A stretch of 64,000 bases of DNA from Mobula birostris (taxonomy: Eukaryota). Below are positions 63,536 through 64,000 of the stretch, piece after piece. The stretch spans positions 44,131,433 through 44,195,432 of the forward strand of contig NC_092385.1 of the NCBI RefSeq assembly GCF_030028105.1, read 5' to 3'. Every line of letters starts with the position of its first letter. Within the stretch, counting starts at the first letter, position 1. Below the pieces are notes generated by a model. The model was not told the DNA's origin. It worked only from the letters and a program-made list of their open reading frames with translations, and ran no database searches. The position numbers and the translations under genes were made by a program.

Positions 63536-64000
63536 TGTGATCACTATCTCCAAGATGCTCTCCCACTGAGAGACCTGACACCTGACCAGGTTCATTTCCC
63601 AATACCAGATCAAGTACAGCCTATCCTCTTATAGGCTTATTTACATACTGTGTCAGGCAACCTTCCTGAACACACCTAAGAAACTCCATCCCATCTAAAC
63701 CCTTTGCTCTAGGAAGATGCCAATCATTACTAGGGAAAATAAAATCTCCCATCACGACAATCCTGTTATGATTGCACCAAGTACCGGGTCAGTTAACTGG
63801 TCATTGTAAATTGTCCCATGAATAGATTAAGTTGTGGATTGCTGGAGCAGCATGCCTCAAAGGGACAGAGGGGCCTTCTCTGGACCATATCAGAACCTCA
63901 TAGAGCTCATCAGCAGTTAGATTTTATATCTCTTTTTCCTTTTTAAACTTAGTACTTCATTTCTAGGCTTGTTAAGATCAAGAATGTTATATTCTCAATT

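Larger units (their letters stand above)
60993..63780 (-). mobile_element. Long CR1 LINE fragment (EN to 3' tail), degenerate
   Basis: IKENPKAFYKY, NYRPVSLTSVVGK, KFADDTKVGG and RGDLIEVYKMM motifs; tail near 60995. Confidence 0.93.
60860..63890 (+). mobile_element. V-SINE split into head (about 60860-60992) and tail (about 63781-63890) by a CR1
   Basis: ...TGTCCAAAGAC | GTACCGGGTCAGTTAACTGGTCATTGTAAATTGTCCC rejoins the SINE pattern seen at about 970-1020. Confidence 0.7.

Overview
Eukaryotic, gene-poor, repeat-dominated genomic DNA. The repeat repertoire suggests a cartilaginous fish, probably a batoid (inference): CR1/HER1-type LINEs, V-SINE/HE1-like SINEs, Rex1/Babar-like LINEs, Penelope-like elements, and Tc1, Tigger, mariner and hAT DNA transposons. 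No host gene, rRNA, tRNA gene or CRISPR array can be supported. Every recognisable ORF is a broken transposon ORF: CR1 APE+RT, Gypsy gag-pro-RT, Buster-type hAT transposase, Tc1 transposase or PLE GIY-YIG. The most interesting signal is a set of eight minimal type I hammerhead ribozyme (HHR) motifs in Penelope-like pseudo-LTRs. One has an intact core (48607-48644, minus strand), stem II shows compensatory changes, and the catalytic positions sit on CpGs. Two PLE insertions are fold-back structures with clean 13-15 bp TSDs and an HHR on each arm. One tiny PLE palindrome turns back at the predicted ribozyme cleavage site. Boundaries given without TSD/TIR evidence are approximate. Family names come from recalled motifs, not database searches.
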